A stretch of 56,540 nucleotides of DNA from Anaeramoeba ignava BMAN (lineage: Eukaryota; Protista; Anaeramoebae), in NCBI GenBank assembly GCA_028826165.1, contig JAPDFW010000041.1:1-56540 (forward strand), given 5' to 3'. The notes under the pieces are model-generated. The model was given only the letters and a program-made list of their open reading frames with translations. It had not been told where the DNA came from and ran no database searches. The position numbers were made by a program, and so were the translations under genes. This document shows, piece after piece, positions 1 through 14,836 of the stretch (positions are counted from its first letter, which is position 1; every line of letters begins with the position of its first letter).

Positions 1-3000
1 CAAAATAAAATTTGTTCTGGTTCATTAAAAATTCAGGAAGATAGAAAATTCTAGTATAAGCTCCTTCACATCAGACATTGTCACTTTACTTGCTGATAAA
101 AATGTTTTCTGAATTGAATGGAAAAGTCTTTCTGCATGATCAAATTTTCCTCCTTGAAGATGAACAAATTGAGTTGTAAAAGGTTCCAAACGAACTAAAT
201 AATAAAGAACAATAGCAGCAGAAGAATAATGTGCTCCATAATGAAATTTGGGGATAATTGGATCTTCCCACATTTCATATCTTGTTCGAAATTCATTGGC
301 TCGATTCTCTCCAAGTGCTCCCCATTGGTTTGGATAAATCACGATATATTTTGCTATCTTTGAGATTTATTGTTTCATTTTCATAATCTGCTATAACCCA
401 TGGGAAAACAGGATATTGAGTTAAATCGTTGTATGTTCTTCCAGCCATTGAATTTAATATCATCAAATATTCAAAATTAGATATTTTTCCATTAACCCAT
501 TTTTGTGTTGATGAAGATTTTTGATAATTCCCGAATCCCATAAAAATCATTTCACCTCGGATTTATATCCTCGATTTTCGTTCTTTTGGTTGATATTAAT
601 GATAATATTTGTGAAAAATTTCATTTCTTTGTTTCCGCATTAAAATAAAACAGATAATTGCGTCCATCACCAGAAAAATTTCAATGCAATAGGTTACAAT
701 AAATATCTTCTTTTCACAACATCATCTATCAAATTGAAATTGGTAATTTTATGCATTTATGCCCAATAATTGAGCTTTTTCTGTTTATCATAATTATCAT
801 ACATTTCAGGAACATTTGATTTTTCTTTGGCAGTCCATGAATTTGTAAATGGTTCTTTTATTACTATATTCCCTCAATTTCAAAAGCAATCAATTTATTT
901 GATAATAATCCCACTTAATTTTTCATCAATTTTCAATAATTTCTTGATTAGAAGATACCGCATAATTATCAATTATATAAAGATTATTTGAGCAGATGGA
1001 GTAACAAAGTTGGTTGTGATTCAAGACCAATAACTCTTGAACAATTATATTTGCGTAATATTCGATGATCTCCTTCTTCAAGCATACGCAAGATTCTTTT
1101 TGATCTTCCTCTTGTTCTGATTCTCTTCGTTTATATTTTCATTTATATTTTCATTTTCATTTTCATTTATATTTTCATTTATATTTTCTTTTTCTTTTTG
1201 GAAATCTAAAATCTCCATCAAAAATTTCAGATAAATTATTATTGGTTTGACGTGGTGTTTTTGGTTCCATTTCTCTTGCTCTTCTTGTGCATCTAAATCT
1301 ATAAAAATATCCTCCTTCAAATTCAATTTTGAAATATTTGTAATATTAGTATCACTTTCATCATCACTATCTCCATCTAATTTCTTTTTATTCACAAATG
1401 AACCGCTCTGCATAGAACTGAGTTTCTTAGAAATTAAATCTTTCTTTTCTTCATTCTCTTTCTCATCTTGTTCTGGATTATCATCCAATTCTTCATCATA
1501 TCTTGCGCATCCTTTATAATCTCTGAAATTGAAATTTTTTTCAAGCCTCATTCTCATTCGTTCAGGCCCTTCATTTGTATCCAATTTCCATTTTGCATCT
1601 TGATCTTGTTTTTAGATCCCCAAATTCCTCGTTCTCGAGTAAATTCTTTTTTGAATTTTTCCCATTCAAATACTATATATTGATGCATATCATTTAGTTT
1701 TAATCTCTCGTTTTGATTTCGATTTGTTTCAAAATTGGCTAAATTTTCAATCTGAAATTTCCCATATTCTTGAAATCTTTTGTATATTTCTTGATCTCCT
1801 CGATCCTTTTTTCTGCGATTTTTAAGCCGAGTTTTTCTTCGACTAATCCAAGAATTAACTTGTTCCAAGTTGTTTTTATTTTTAATTTCTTTGTAAAATT
1901 CCACGCTTTTTTACAATATGATAATTAAATGCCTGATGAATTTCTTGTTCATTTTGAATTAAATAATCAATAAACTCCTTCCTCATTTGACATGTATTCA
2001 AGCATTGTTGAAAATAGGTTTTTGTTTCCTTATTATCGTTTTTATAAACAAACAATGGTTTTATATTTTCATTTTGTGATTTTTGCAAAATATTTCCAAA
2101 TTTCAAAAGTTTTAGCAATAATTTCATCTTCTCCGAACGTAATAACCGATATAAACTCAAACAAAAGCATGAAATGAACTCAACATCTGAATTGTACGGA
2201 TTCATAACAATGTTCTTCTCTTTCAAAATTAAAAGTAATAATTTCATCAATTCATCTTTATGGAAAGTCTTGAAACTCAAAATAAATAAAATATTTGATT
2301 CAATCCTTTATATAAGGATTGCAAGCCAGTATTTTGATGTTTGTTCTTGATTTGAAATTGATTAAATTCTCAATTTTGGCTAATGTATCTCCAATTATCA
2401 ATTTGATCATTGTAACAAAAATTGAAATATAAACGATTCTTTTCTTTTGGAAAATTTCATTGTTCATTTTATCCACTACAAGTTGAGAAAACTTAGAAAT
2501 GTTATTTGAAAATTTGGAGCTTGAAAATCTTTCTCTTCTTGTATTCATCTCAAGATGTTCCATAATAGAAATGAATAGATCCAGTTCAAAACTTGAAATT
2601 ACTTTTTGGGAACATAAATCAATGGAGAATCAAGAATGGATTCAATTATTTGTTGGAATTTTTGATCATTAGAAATACTTTTGAGTTGCTAATCTTGTGA
2701 GAAAATCAAAAATTAACAATGTTGTTGGATGATTTAAAATGATTTTTGTAATCTCTTCTTCGTTATTTGAGATTTTTGTTCATCTTGAACATTTTCACTT
2801 TCACTTTTATTCTCTTTTGGTTAAAAGATTCTTTTGATGATTTTGATTCATTTTCTTCATCCAATTTTTGGTTTCTGTTCATTTTTCTTGTTTTCTTGAT
2901 TTATTTTGTTTCATTTTTCACTTATTTTTGAATGAATTATTCCTGTAAAAGAAAAGAAAATTCCCATTGTCTTTCTTTTTCTCTCATATCTCTCTCAGTT

Positions 3001-6000
3001 TGAGGTGAATCTTCTTTTGATTGGTTGTTATTATTATTCAATGATTCATCAACTTCCATTTGAATTTCAGAGTAATTAATAAATATAATTTCAACTAATG
3101 CTTCAATAAATTCTAGTTTTTTGAAAGTATCTCTGAAGTTCGGATAATTATTAAAGAAACTGATTAAAAATTTAATAATTTCGTTTTGTTGTTGAATTTG
3201 TAATTGTAAAATTTTTGGTAATTTTTTGGAATAGGAAGAAATATGACTTCTTTGTGTAATTGATTTTGTTTCACTTTGTCTTCTTTTACTTCTTCTTTTC
3301 TTTATTTTAGGAAAAACATAAACTTCTTCATTTTTTACTTTTGGTATTTCATTCTCAGCATTTTTTGTAATTGTTTTTCTACGAACTTTTCTAAAGAAAG
3401 AAGGAAGTGTTTTTGATATTTTGAATTTTGAAGATTTTGTTTCATTTTCATTTTCTTTTTCGTTTTGAATTTCATTTTGAATTTGATTTTGTATTTCAAT
3501 AGGAATGAAATTTTCATTTTCTTTTTCATTTTCTTTTTGATTTTGATTTTGATTTTGATTTTGATTTTCAATTTCTTTTTGATTTAAATTTTCTTTTTTT
3601 CTTTGTTCCTTTTTCTTTTTTGATCGTCTTTTTGATTTTCGATGTTTTGATTCCCTTCTTAATTTCCTTTTTTTTTGATATTCCTCATGAAATTTTAATT
3701 CTTCATTAATACATTTCCTTTGACTTTCCCTTAATAAAGTTAAAATTAGGAAAAATGCTTCAGAACAATAAATTTGAGAAGTCTTCTTGAAAATTGATGA
3801 ATTATTTAATAAAACTTCTTTGAAATTTGTTTCTTTGACTTCGAAATTTTCTTTGTCTAAAACTTCAGATACTCCAAAAAGTAAACAAAATAAATAATAA
3901 TAAATGATCGATTTTTGCTCAATTTTGGATAATATTAGTGTAAGAATTGGGAATCCATAATTCTGTTTGAATTTCTGGAAAAATAAAGGATACATTAACA
4001 ATAATGCTGTTGTTAATTTTAGTGCCTTTATTTTTGTTGATAATGCTTTGGAATGTTCAATTATAGAAAGTACAAAACTTGGGCTTAGAATTTTCACAAT
4101 TAACTCATGGTTATTTTCCTTGTTTTTATTTCTAACTATTAATCCAAAAATCATATCTAATAACAATCCATGAATTTTTGCAAATATATTTTGAAATTTT
4201 GTGTTTTCTGGATCACTTTTTTCTTGTTTGTAATTTAAAGTGGATGTTATAAATGTTTGAAAAAGAGAAAATTCATCAGAAAGTAAAGAATGATCAAATA
4301 TTAAATCTAACAGAGAAACTATTTTATTGATAACAGAATCATCAAATATCTCTTCTCGAAGTAATTTGAATAAATACTTGACAAATCTGAGTTTTCTTAA
4401 TTGATTAATATTAAAATCTTGGTTTTTGTTATCAATAGGAATGAAAGTTTGGAATTTTGCGAAAAAATATTCTTGAACTAAATTTGATGTTTTACTCCAT
4501 ATTTCTTGATCAAAACAAACAATTTCAATAATACCAAGGTTTTTAATTAAAGATGAAATGTTCGCATCTTCTTGTGTTCCAATCAATTCAAAAAGTGAAT
4601 TGATGATATTTACATTTATGAAATGTGAATTTTCTTTTAAAAAATGAGACATGATTTTATATCCATTCATTCTTTCAAATTCTTTTAAGTTTGTGTAATT
4701 TAAATTAATTAAATTAACTAAAATTGCGAATATTTGTTGAAAATGAATTTCTGTTGTAATTTTTTCAAATAATAAAAAGCAAATAATCGGCCCTCTAATT
4801 TTAGATATTTGCATAATAGCTCCTTTAGAGAGAAAAACATTAACATTTCCTGAAAGAATTCCATATGGTTTCCCATTCAAAACTGCAAGATTTTGTATTG
4901 ATAATGATTGTTTCAAAAAATTCTCATTTTTGTAATTGGATTCTTTATTTTGAGAATTTATTTCTTCAATTTTTCATTTTCATTTTCATTTAAAATATTT
5001 TTCTAATACTTTTTGTATGAATTGGACTCAAACAAAAATCAATTTTTCATTTACTATTGGAATAGAAGCTATTGAAAGATCCAATTGTTTCATAATATCT
5101 TCAAAATTTTCTCCATTTTTGAAAAGATTATCAACAATATAATTATTAACAATTTGAAAATTTGTAAATTGTGAAAATGGATTGATAAAAGATCCTGAAT
5201 AATTAGGTCCAAGTAAAAATATTTTTTGAATATCTTGCAAACTTAAAGCAGATTCATAAAGAAAGCATGATCCTAATTTCCATTTTATATGGGGTGGATT
5301 TTCTGAAATATTTTCATTTCCTTAAAAGAAAAATTATTTATTAAAATTTAAAATTTAAAATTAAAATTGAAATTGAAATTATTTACCAATAACAAATTTA
5401 AAAGGAGATTGGATTGAATTTGGATAGTTGATTTTGCAAATTTGTTTAGAAGAACCATCAACAAATAATGTAATTGAAGATTGATAAAATTTATGTTTAG
5501 AATGAACAATAACGGCATGATACCAATGATTTTCTTTGAATTGAAATTTGTCAAATGAAATGGAAGAATTTGAAGATGAAGTGATCGATAATTTTCCATT
5601 AGAAATTGAGAATATAATTTCTAGTTGATTTTTGGAAGAAAAAACTCTGAATAAATTGATAGAAAACTCGCTCAAAGAATCAAAATATATCCAAAATGAT
5701 AAAGAATATGAAGAAGAAGGAGGCCATGATTTATCATTTGAATATTCCAGAGACAATTTGGCATTTGATGATTCTTGGAGATCAAATTCAATAAAAGAAG
5801 GTTGATTTCCATCATGAATCATTGATTTAAATATTGATAAAATTGAATTTGGAATGTTTTTGTTTTTCTTAAATAACCGGAAAAACTTGCGAAATTCTTT
5901 GATTGAGGAATTGCTTGCTTGAATGATCTGAAAAAAGTTTGTTAGAACTGGATGTAATAAACTTTCTTCATCAAAAAGAAATTCTTGATATTTTTTCATC

Positions 6001-9000
6001 AATAAAGTCGAAATTTCCACAGAATTAATTTGCTGTTGGTTAAACCAATTCCCGATTGTGATGATTTTCAATTTTAGAAATATCTGAATTTGGTAATTCA
6101 CTGCGAAATCTTTCATCAAATCTACAACAACCATAATTGGATGAGGCAAAACAATTTTCAGTTTTGATGAATCAGGAATAAGTGTGTTGTTTGTATGAAG
6201 TAATTCATTTGATAGTATTGATAAATCAAGTAACAAACAAAATAGATGATATTTTTGGGAATTTTTGAGTAAACTATGGAAATTTCCTGAGCGAGTAATT
6301 GAATTAACCAATTTTTCATGTGTGTAAATGTGATGGAAATGTATTTGATTGATTTTTGAATCTGATAGTGAACAAATGATCATTTGGAATAAATTTTGAA
6401 GAAATTGGTTTTGTGCTTCAATATTTTGAATTTTCACTAAGCTTTCTGGAAGTATTTTGTTGAAAATGATTTCATAACCTTGAATTTTTTGGAAATGAAC
6501 TTGTGAAGTTTGGTTTTGTTTAAATATTGAAGTTAAACAAATTAAAAATGCTTTATATAATGATAATTGGGTTATTTTCATTGAAGATATTTCATCAAGA
6601 ATTAACTTAATAATATCTAGTTTTTGTGCTTTATCTTGTATTGCGAGACTTTCAATCAATGATAATGTTAATTGTTGATAATCTTTCAATTTGATCAATT
6701 CAAATAATAAATTAATTCCTTTCTTTTCATAAAGTAAGTTCATATTTTCCAAATTATCATTCACAAAAAATTCAATAGTTTGAATATAAAATATGATTAA
6801 ATTTTTTGATTGAGATTTTTTTTTCGATTTGTGTTTTTTGTGTTGAGAAATTTCTTTTTGAATATAAGTATAAATTGAATTAAATAAACCAAATTGGAAT
6901 AGTATTGTTTTGAATTCATTTTTGGATGATATCAAGTCCTTAAAAAGATTTGTGATTAATTGAACAACCTCAATTTTGGGTTTGTTTTTAAATAATTGTA
7001 TTAAAATTTCTAATTCTAATTTAGGTGTAATTTGGAGGGAAGAAGCAACAAATTTGATAATTTTAAGCAAATCAACCTATTTTTTTTAAATTTTTAAATT
7101 TATTTTAATTTTTAAATTTATTTAAATTTATAATTTTACTTGAATTTCATTTTCATATAAAGGAAATTTTGCAAGAACCAATTCAATAACTTTGGATTGA
7201 CTCATCACATAATAATTATATGGATTTTTTTGAAGAATTAAGAATAATTGTTGAAGAGTAAATAATGATAATTTTTTAAATGAAGAATTTGCTGAAAGTA
7301 AGAAAATATTAGATAAAATTTGCAAAGCATCAGTATTTTGAATTGAAAAATTTGTATTGATTTCTTTTTCTTGATCAAAAATGGATTTAATATTAAAATC
7401 TCCACAAAAAACAAGAGATGAAATGTTTTTGATAATTGATTCCAAATCTGATATTGAAGTTGATTTGTTATGAAGCATATCAGCTACAATTTTTCCAAAT
7501 AATTTATATCCTGATAGTTTTATAAATTCATCAAAAAATTTATGAGTTTTTGGAAAAAGAAGAAATGAGTAAATTAATAATAAATGAAATTGAGTTTGAA
7601 ATTCTGAATGAACTTAATTTTGATGTTTCTGAAAGTGTTTCAAGTTGAATTTTAATTATGTTTTTTGTTTGGATATAAAAAATCAAATTTTCATTCATAA
7701 ATTGTAATAAAATTAATTGAGAAACATTTTGAAGTTTTTTAATTAGATAATTTTTGTTAGAATTAGAGTTTATAATTTCGAAAAGGATTATTAATGTATC
7801 AGATTGAATAAGTTGATCAATAGATTTTTGATTTTTAGAATTTTCTTGAAGAATATCAACAAATAAAAGAATAAAATCATTTTCTGTTTCATTTCTATTT
7901 TCATTTTCTATATAAAAATAATAATAATAAAAATAAAAACTTCAATTTGTTTTTTAAATAAATTAAATATAAATAACACAAACTTTCTTGATTATTATTT
8001 TCTTCATAAGAAATTTGATTTAAATCAAATTGAGAGAATAATTTTAAAAAATTTAATAAATTTGAAGTTAACTTTGAATTTAGAAGAAATTCAATATTAA
8101 TTTCTTGTTGTGATAATAAAAGAAGTGTTGCAGATAATTGAAAGTAATAGAGATTATTTTGATGATTTATTGGGAAATTAATAATTTTAGAAAGTAAATT
8201 AGGATCAGAAGAATTGATTTCTTTTGTTAATTTAATTAATAAATTGATGAAATATTTTGCAATAACGAAAGAGAAATTTCTAGTATCACCAAATCTTTTT
8301 TTAATATAATTTTATTAAATAATTTTATAAATAATTTTATAAATAATTTTATAATTAATTTTATAAATAATTTAATAAATAATTTTATAATTAATTTTAT
8401 AAATAATTTAATAAATAATTTTATAATTAATTTTATAAATAATTTAATAAATAATTTTATAATTAATTTTATAATTAATTTTATAATTAATTTTATAAAT
8501 AATTTAATAAATAATTTTATTAATAATTTTATAAAATAATTTAATAAATAATTTTATAATCAATTTTATAAATAATTTTATAAATAATTTTATAAATAAT
8601 TTAATAAATAATTTTATAAATAATTTTATAAATAATTTTATAAATAATTTTATAAATAATTTTATAAATAATTTATTAAATAATTTTATAAATAATTTTA
8701 TAAATAATTTAATAAATAATTTTATAAATAATTTAATAAATAATTTTTATAAATAATTTTTATAAATAATTTTATAAATAATTTTATAAATAATTTTATA
8801 TTTAATTTTATAAATAATTTTATATATAATTTTATATTTAATTTTTATAAATAATTTTATAAATAATTTAATAAATAATTTTATATTTAATTTTATAAAT
8901 AATTTTATATATAATTTTATATTTAATTTTATAAATAATTTTATAAATAATTTAATAAATAATTTTATATTTAATTTTATAAATAATTTTATAAATAATT

Positions 9001-9391
9001 TTATAAATAATTTTATATATAATTTTATAAATAATTTAATAAATAATTTTATTAATAATTTTATAAATAATTTTATAAATAATTTTATAATTGATTCCTT
9101 TTACTCTTTGATTGAATTTTTATTTTCTTCTGTATAAAAATATTCATAAAATGTTGGCACAATTTGATTTAAAAGATTTTGTTTAGAATCTTCATCATTT
9201 AATTGAGAAAATTCATTCCATAATTGACGAATTTCTTGAATTTTTTGAAGATTTAATAATTTAGAAGCAATATTTTGTGTGTTTTGATCCTCATTATTTT
9301 TTTTTAAATTTTTTTCTTTTTCTTCTTTTTCTTTATCTTTATCTTTATCTTTATTTTTCTTTTTGATTAAATTTTTAAACCAACGACTCAT
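1..9391 (-). CDS. BEACH-domain protein (WDFY3/ALFY/LvsA-like: ARM-like region, ConA-like domain, PH, BEACH); 3' end beyond the window edge; intron-containing, multiple apparent frameshifts
   Basis: BEACH signatures [42 protein letters not shown] and [10 protein letters not shown]...YLVRLEPFT...[13 protein letters not shown] (25-550). [13 protein letters not shown] motif (about 1540-1580). ConA-like [10 protein letters not shown]...WYHAVIVH...LFVDG (about 5450-5720). Start MSRWFK at 9391. GT-AG introns read at 8295-9104, about 7908-7983, 7077-7139 and 5321-5386. Confidence 0.9.
8295..9104 (-). repeat. 810-nt intron of the BEACH gene filled with a ~12-nt A/T-only tandem repeat (ATAAATAATTTT and variants)
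   Basis: Donor GTAAAAG at 9104 and acceptor AAAG at 8295 join ...SIKE|FGDTRNF in frame; the interior is nearly pure tandem repeat. Confidence 0.8.
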
Positions 9392-9471
9392 TTAAAAACA
9401 ATAAAATAAAATTAAAAAATAATAAAATAAAAAATGAAAAATGAAAAATTTTGTTTTCAATTTATTTTTGG

Positions 9472-11330
9472 AATTGATTTAAAATTGATTTAAAATTGAT
9501 TTAAAATTGATTTAAAATTGATTTAAAATTGATATAAAATTGATATAAAATTGATATAAAATTGATTTAAAATTTATTTAAATTTGATTTAAAATTGATA
9601 TAAAATTGATATAAAATTTATTTAAAATTGATATAAAATTGATTTAAAATTGATTTAAAATTAATATAAAATTTATTTAAAATTGATATAAAATTAATTT
9701 AAAATTGATTTAAAATTTATTTAAAATTGATTTAAAATTGATATAAAATTGATATAAAATTTATTTAAAATTGATTTAAAATTGATATAAAATTGATATA
9801 AAATTGATTTAAAATTGATATAGAATTGATATAAAATTGATATAAAATTGATTTAAAATTGATTTAAAATTGATATAAAATTGATTTAAAATTGATTTAA
9901 AATTGATTTAAAATTGATATAAAATTGATTTAAAATTGATATAAAATTGATTTAAAATTGATATAAAAATTGATATAAAATTGATATAAAATTGATATAA
10001 AATTGATATAAAATTGATTTAAAATTTATTTAAAATTGATTTAAAATTAATATAAAATTTATTTAAAATTGATATAAAATTGATATAAAATTGATATAAA
10101 ATTGATATAAAATTGATATAAAATTGATATAAAAATGATATAAAAATGATATAAAAATTGATATAAAATTGATATAAAATTGATTTAAAATTGATTTAAA
10201 ATTGATTTAAAATTGATATAAAATTGATATAAAAATTAATTTAAAATTGATATAAAAATGATATAAAATTGATATAAAATCGATATAAAATTGATTTAAA
10301 ATTGATTTAAAATTGATATAAAATTGATTTAAAATTAATATAAAATTGATTTAAAATTTATTTAAAATTGATATAAAATTGATTTAAAATTGATATAAAA
10401 TTGATATAAAATTTATTTAAAATTTATTTAAAAAATTGATTTAAAATTGATTTAAAATTGATTTAAAATTGATTTAAAATTGATTTAAAATTGATTTAAA
10501 ATTGATTTAAAATTGATTTAAAATTGATTTAAAATTGATTTAAAATTGATTTAAAATTGATTTAAAATTGATTTAAAATTGATTTAAAATTTATATAAAA
10601 TTTATTTAAAATTGATTTAAAATAGATTTAAAATTGATTTAAAATTGATTTAAAATTGATATAAAATTGATTTAAAATTGATTTAAATTGATTTAAAATT
10701 GATATAAAATTGATTTAAAATTGATTTAAAATTGATTTAAAATTGATTTAAAATTGATTTAAAATTGATTTAAAAATTTATTTAAAAATTGATTTAAAAT
10801 TGATATAAAATTGATTTAAAATTGATTTAAAATTGATTTAAAATTGATATAAAATTAATATAAAATTGATTTAAAATTGATTTAAAATTGATTTAAAATT
10901 GATTTAAAATTGATTTAAAATTGATTTAAAATTGATTTAAAATTGATTTAAAATTGATTTAAAATTGATTTAAAATTGATTTAAAATTGATATAAAATTG
11001 ATTTAAAATTGATATAAAATTGATTTAAAATTGATTTAAAATTGATTTAAATTTGATTTAAAATTGATTTAAAATTGATTTAAATTTGATATAAAATTGA
11101 TATAAAATTGATTTAAAATTGATATAAAATTGATTTAAAATTGATTTAAAATTGATATAAAATTGATTTAAAATTGATATAAAATTGATTTAAAATTGAT
11201 ATAAAATTGATATAAAATTGATATAAAATTGATATAAAATTGATTTAAAATTGATTTAAAATTGATATAAAATTGATTTAAAATTGATTTAAAATTGATT
11301 TAAAATTGATTTAAAATTGATTTAAAATTG
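9472..11330. repeat. 11-bp intergenic satellite (AAAATTGATTT / AAAATTGATAT), roughly 170 copies
   Basis: Directly visible head-to-tail 11-mers over about 1.86 kb, with occasional variants. Confidence 0.97.
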
Positions 11331-11332
11331 TA

Positions 11333-14300
11333 TTAGAAATCTAAAAGTAAATCGATTATAGAATTGGGATTTAATTGATAATAATCCTTGAAATCTTTAA
11401 ATTCTTGTTTTATGTCTTGATTAATTGTTTTTGTTTCATCAAATTCATCATGATAAAGAAAATAAACTAATTGTTGAATTGCTTCAAATGATTTCCCAGA
11501 ATAATCATGAACTTGATTAGAAGAATCTGAAACATTTAAAAACATCCCTTTAAACAAATCACTTCTTAATATTAATATTAATTTATGAACTTTGATTTCT
11601 TTTTCTTCGCAAATAATTGTGAAATCTTTTGTTTCATTTTCTTGATATAATTTTTCAAAATCTTTTATTATTCCTTTTCTTCCTTTTTAGATTCAACCCA
11701 TTCTGAATTTAATCCCATTTCATTGAAAAACTCACATATTATTTCTTGTTTCTCTTCTTGTTTTTGTTGAGCTTTGAATATTTCGCTTTCTCTTCTTTCA
11801 TAGAAGTAATCATACACATTAGACTTGTTTTCTATATTCACGAGTTGATTTATTAGTTGAAAGTCAATAAACCCATTATAAAAAGAAAACTCAAAAGCAA
11901 TTTCAACATCTTCTTTCGGCTTTTCAGAGCAAATCTTGACGAATTTTTCTAGAATCGAATTATCATTGTTAAATCTTAATAAAAAGAATTAATTTGTGAG
12001 CATTAAATGTTGAAGAATCACTTGATTTAATTTGGTAATCTGGAAAATTATCATTTGAGTTCAATAACTTGTTCATATCATCATTTATTGAATGGACATT
12101 GTGATAAATTTCAATAAATTCTTCTGTTATACTTTGATCTGATAAATTAAAAATATTCGCACCATTCATCAATAATACTGCTATTAAAATTTTTTTTTTT
12201 CGAAAAATAGATATTGAAAGAGCTGTTTCACCTCCATAATATTCTTTTGCATCCAAATCAGTCCCACTTTTAATCAATAAGTTTGCAATTTGAAATAATG
12301 AATTCTGGCTAGAATTATCACAAAAAATTTTCAAAGCTGTTTGTCTTTGGCTTGTTTGTGCATTGACATCAATTCCCCTTTCAATCAAATACTGGATAAC
12401 TTCGAAAGATGGATTCTCATTTTCACAAGCATAATGCAAAGCTGTTTTACTGTCATTTGCTCTTGCATTTGTATTACTTCCATTTTCAGCCAATAATTTT
12501 ATCACTTCAACTGATGAATTTTCATTTCGACAAGCATAATGCAAAGCTGTTTCTGTTTGATGCGTGACTGCATCAATTTCAATCCCATTTTCAATTAAAT
12601 ACTTGATAGTTTCAAACGATGATTTTGGGTTTCCACAAGCAATATGCAAAGCTGTTTGGTTAGCATTTGATTTCTCATTAATTTTTTGCACCTTTTTCAA
12701 CAAGATACTTGACAATCTCAAATGATGAGGCTAGATTCTGTTTTTCACAAATGATATGCAAAGCGGATTTCTCATCTTTTGTTTTTGTGTTAAGATCAAC
12801 ACCCTTTTCAACTAATAACTTGATGATTTCAAATGATGGATTTTGATTTAAGCAAACAATATGCAAAGCTGTTTCATTGTAATTTGTTTTCGCATTGATA
12901 TCAATTCCCTTTTGAATCAAGTATTCGATCACTTCAACCGATATTTTTTCGTTTTTACAAGCAAAATGGAGTGCTGTTTGTTTCCCATGTTTTGCGATTG
13001 CATTGAGATTGATCCCATTTTCAACCAAGTATTTGATAATCTCAAACGAAATATTTGGGTTTTTACAAGCAAAATGTAATGCTGTTTGATTTCCATAACT
13101 TGTGGTTGCATTGATGTCAGTTCCTTTTTCAATCAAATATTTGGTAATTTCAAACGATGGATTCTTGTTTTCGCAAACAAAAAGTAGAGGTGTTTTGCTT
13201 TGATCTGTTTTTGCATTGATATTCACACCTTTTTCAATCAAATATTTGATAAGTTCAAACTGCGGAGTTTTGTTTCTACAAACAGCATGCAATGCGTTTT
13301 CCTTTTTATTTGTTATTATATTGATATTAGCTCCTTTTTCAATTAGATACTTGATGAGTTCAAAGTATTTTGAATTTGAAGTGTTTTCACAAGCAATATG
13401 TAAAGCTGTTTGGTTGAAGTTTGTTGTTGCATTGATATCAATCCCTTTTTCGATTAAATATTTGATAGTTTCAAGTGATGGATTTTCATTTTTGCAAACA
13501 ATATGCAAAGCTGTTTGGTAGGAATGCGTTTTTGCATTGATATCAATTCCTTTCTCGACTAATAATTTGATAATTTCAAATGAATTTGGATTTTTATTTA
13601 TGCAAGCAAAATGTAGAGCTGTTTGACCATAAATTGTTTTTGCATTGATATTAATTCCCTTTTCAATCAGATATTTGACAAGTTCAACAGAAATTAACAC
13701 TTTATTTTCACAAACAAAATGTAAAGCATTCTGGTTTTTCTCTGTTTTTTCATTAATAAATCCTCCTTTTTCAATAAGATATTTGATAATATCAACTGTT
13801 GATTTTTCATTTCTGCAAGCAATATGCAAAGCTGATTGGTTGTCATTTAGTTTTGCATTGATATCAATTCCTTTTTCAACTATCAACTTAATAATCTCAA
13901 ACGATATATTTTCATTTTGACAATAAAAATGCAAAGCTGTTTGGTAGGAATGCGTTTTTGCATTGGTATAAATTCCTTTCTCGAGTAGTAATTTGATAAT
14001 TTCGAATGAATTTGGATTTTGATTTTTGCAAGCAAAATGTAAAGCTGTTTGATTCTGGAATTTTGTTTTGATGTTGAGATTAATTCCCTTTTCAATTAGA
14101 TACTTTACAACTTCCAATGATGAATTTTTGTTTCGACAAACAAGATGCAAAGCAGTTTCATTTTCGCTTGTTGTTTCATTAACATCAATTCCTTTTTCAA
14201 CTAAATATTCGATAATTCCAAAAGATAGGTTTTCATTTTGGCAAACAAGATGCAAAGCTGTTTCATTTGTATATGTTTTAGCATGAATATCAATTTCCTC

Positions 14301-14768
14301 TTCAATCAAATACTTGATGATTTCAAAAGATAGATTGCTATTTGCGCAAGCAGAATGCAAAGCATTTCGTGATTCATATGTTTTTGCATCAATATCAACT
14401 CCTTCTTCAATTAGCAATTTGATAATTTCCAATGATGAATTGTTTTGGCAAGCAAAATGTAAAGCCGTTTCCTTTCTATTTGTTAATGCGTTGATATCAA
14501 CTCCTTTTTCAATTAAATATTTGATGATTTCAATTCCCAAATTATTTATGATTGCAGTATGAAGTGAATTCTGGTTTGATGAACTATCAATTAAATTTGG
14601 ATTTGCTCCTTTTTCAATCAAAATTTGAATTATTTCTTTTGAAACTTTTTTTTCCATTGCAAAATTAAGAATTGGTTTGCTTTCTTTTTGCATTTGATCT
14701 TCTGGAATTTTTTTGATTTGTTTTAAGTACTTAATATTGTTTTCTTCAATAGCTTTCCAAATATTCAT
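11333..14768 (-). CDS. Ankyrin-repeat protein (~25 repeats) with two C-terminal BTB/POZ domains; intronless, apparent frameshifts near 12690, 11975 and 11700-11880
   Basis: Repeats QTALHFACxNxxxSFEIIKYLIEKGIDINAKT in ORFs 12678-14828 and 11969-12721. BTB motifs FPDYQIKSSD..FNAHKLIL and KDFTIICEEKEIKVHKFILILRSDLFKGMF...DYSGKSFEA..LVYFLYHD. Likely start MNIWKAIEE at 14768. Confidence 0.9.
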
Positions 14769-14836
14769 TTTAAAAGAAAAAAAATGAAAAAAGTAAAATG
14801 AAAAAAAAAGTTTTTTTTTTATCATCATTTTTTAAT

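Noticed and set aside
1-2940. Dense frameshifts in the BEACH gene (also at 11700-12700, 28510, 29440-29570, 47848, 56022) suggesting pseudogenes or programmed frameshifting/editing
   Set aside because: Motifs remain well conserved across the breaks, and many breaks lie in or near homopolymer runs. A2M copy B is intact where copy A is shifted. Long-read consensus error is the simplest explanation; short-read polishing would decide.
9472-11330. Possible CRISPR array or telomeric repeat
   Set aside because: No unique spacers, no cas genes, not G-rich, and located between ordinary genes.
12861-14562. Repeated antisense ORFs over the ankyrin gene (similarly over the MATE, A2M and RhoGEF genes)
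   Set aside because: Shadows of the sense-strand repeats and codon usage.
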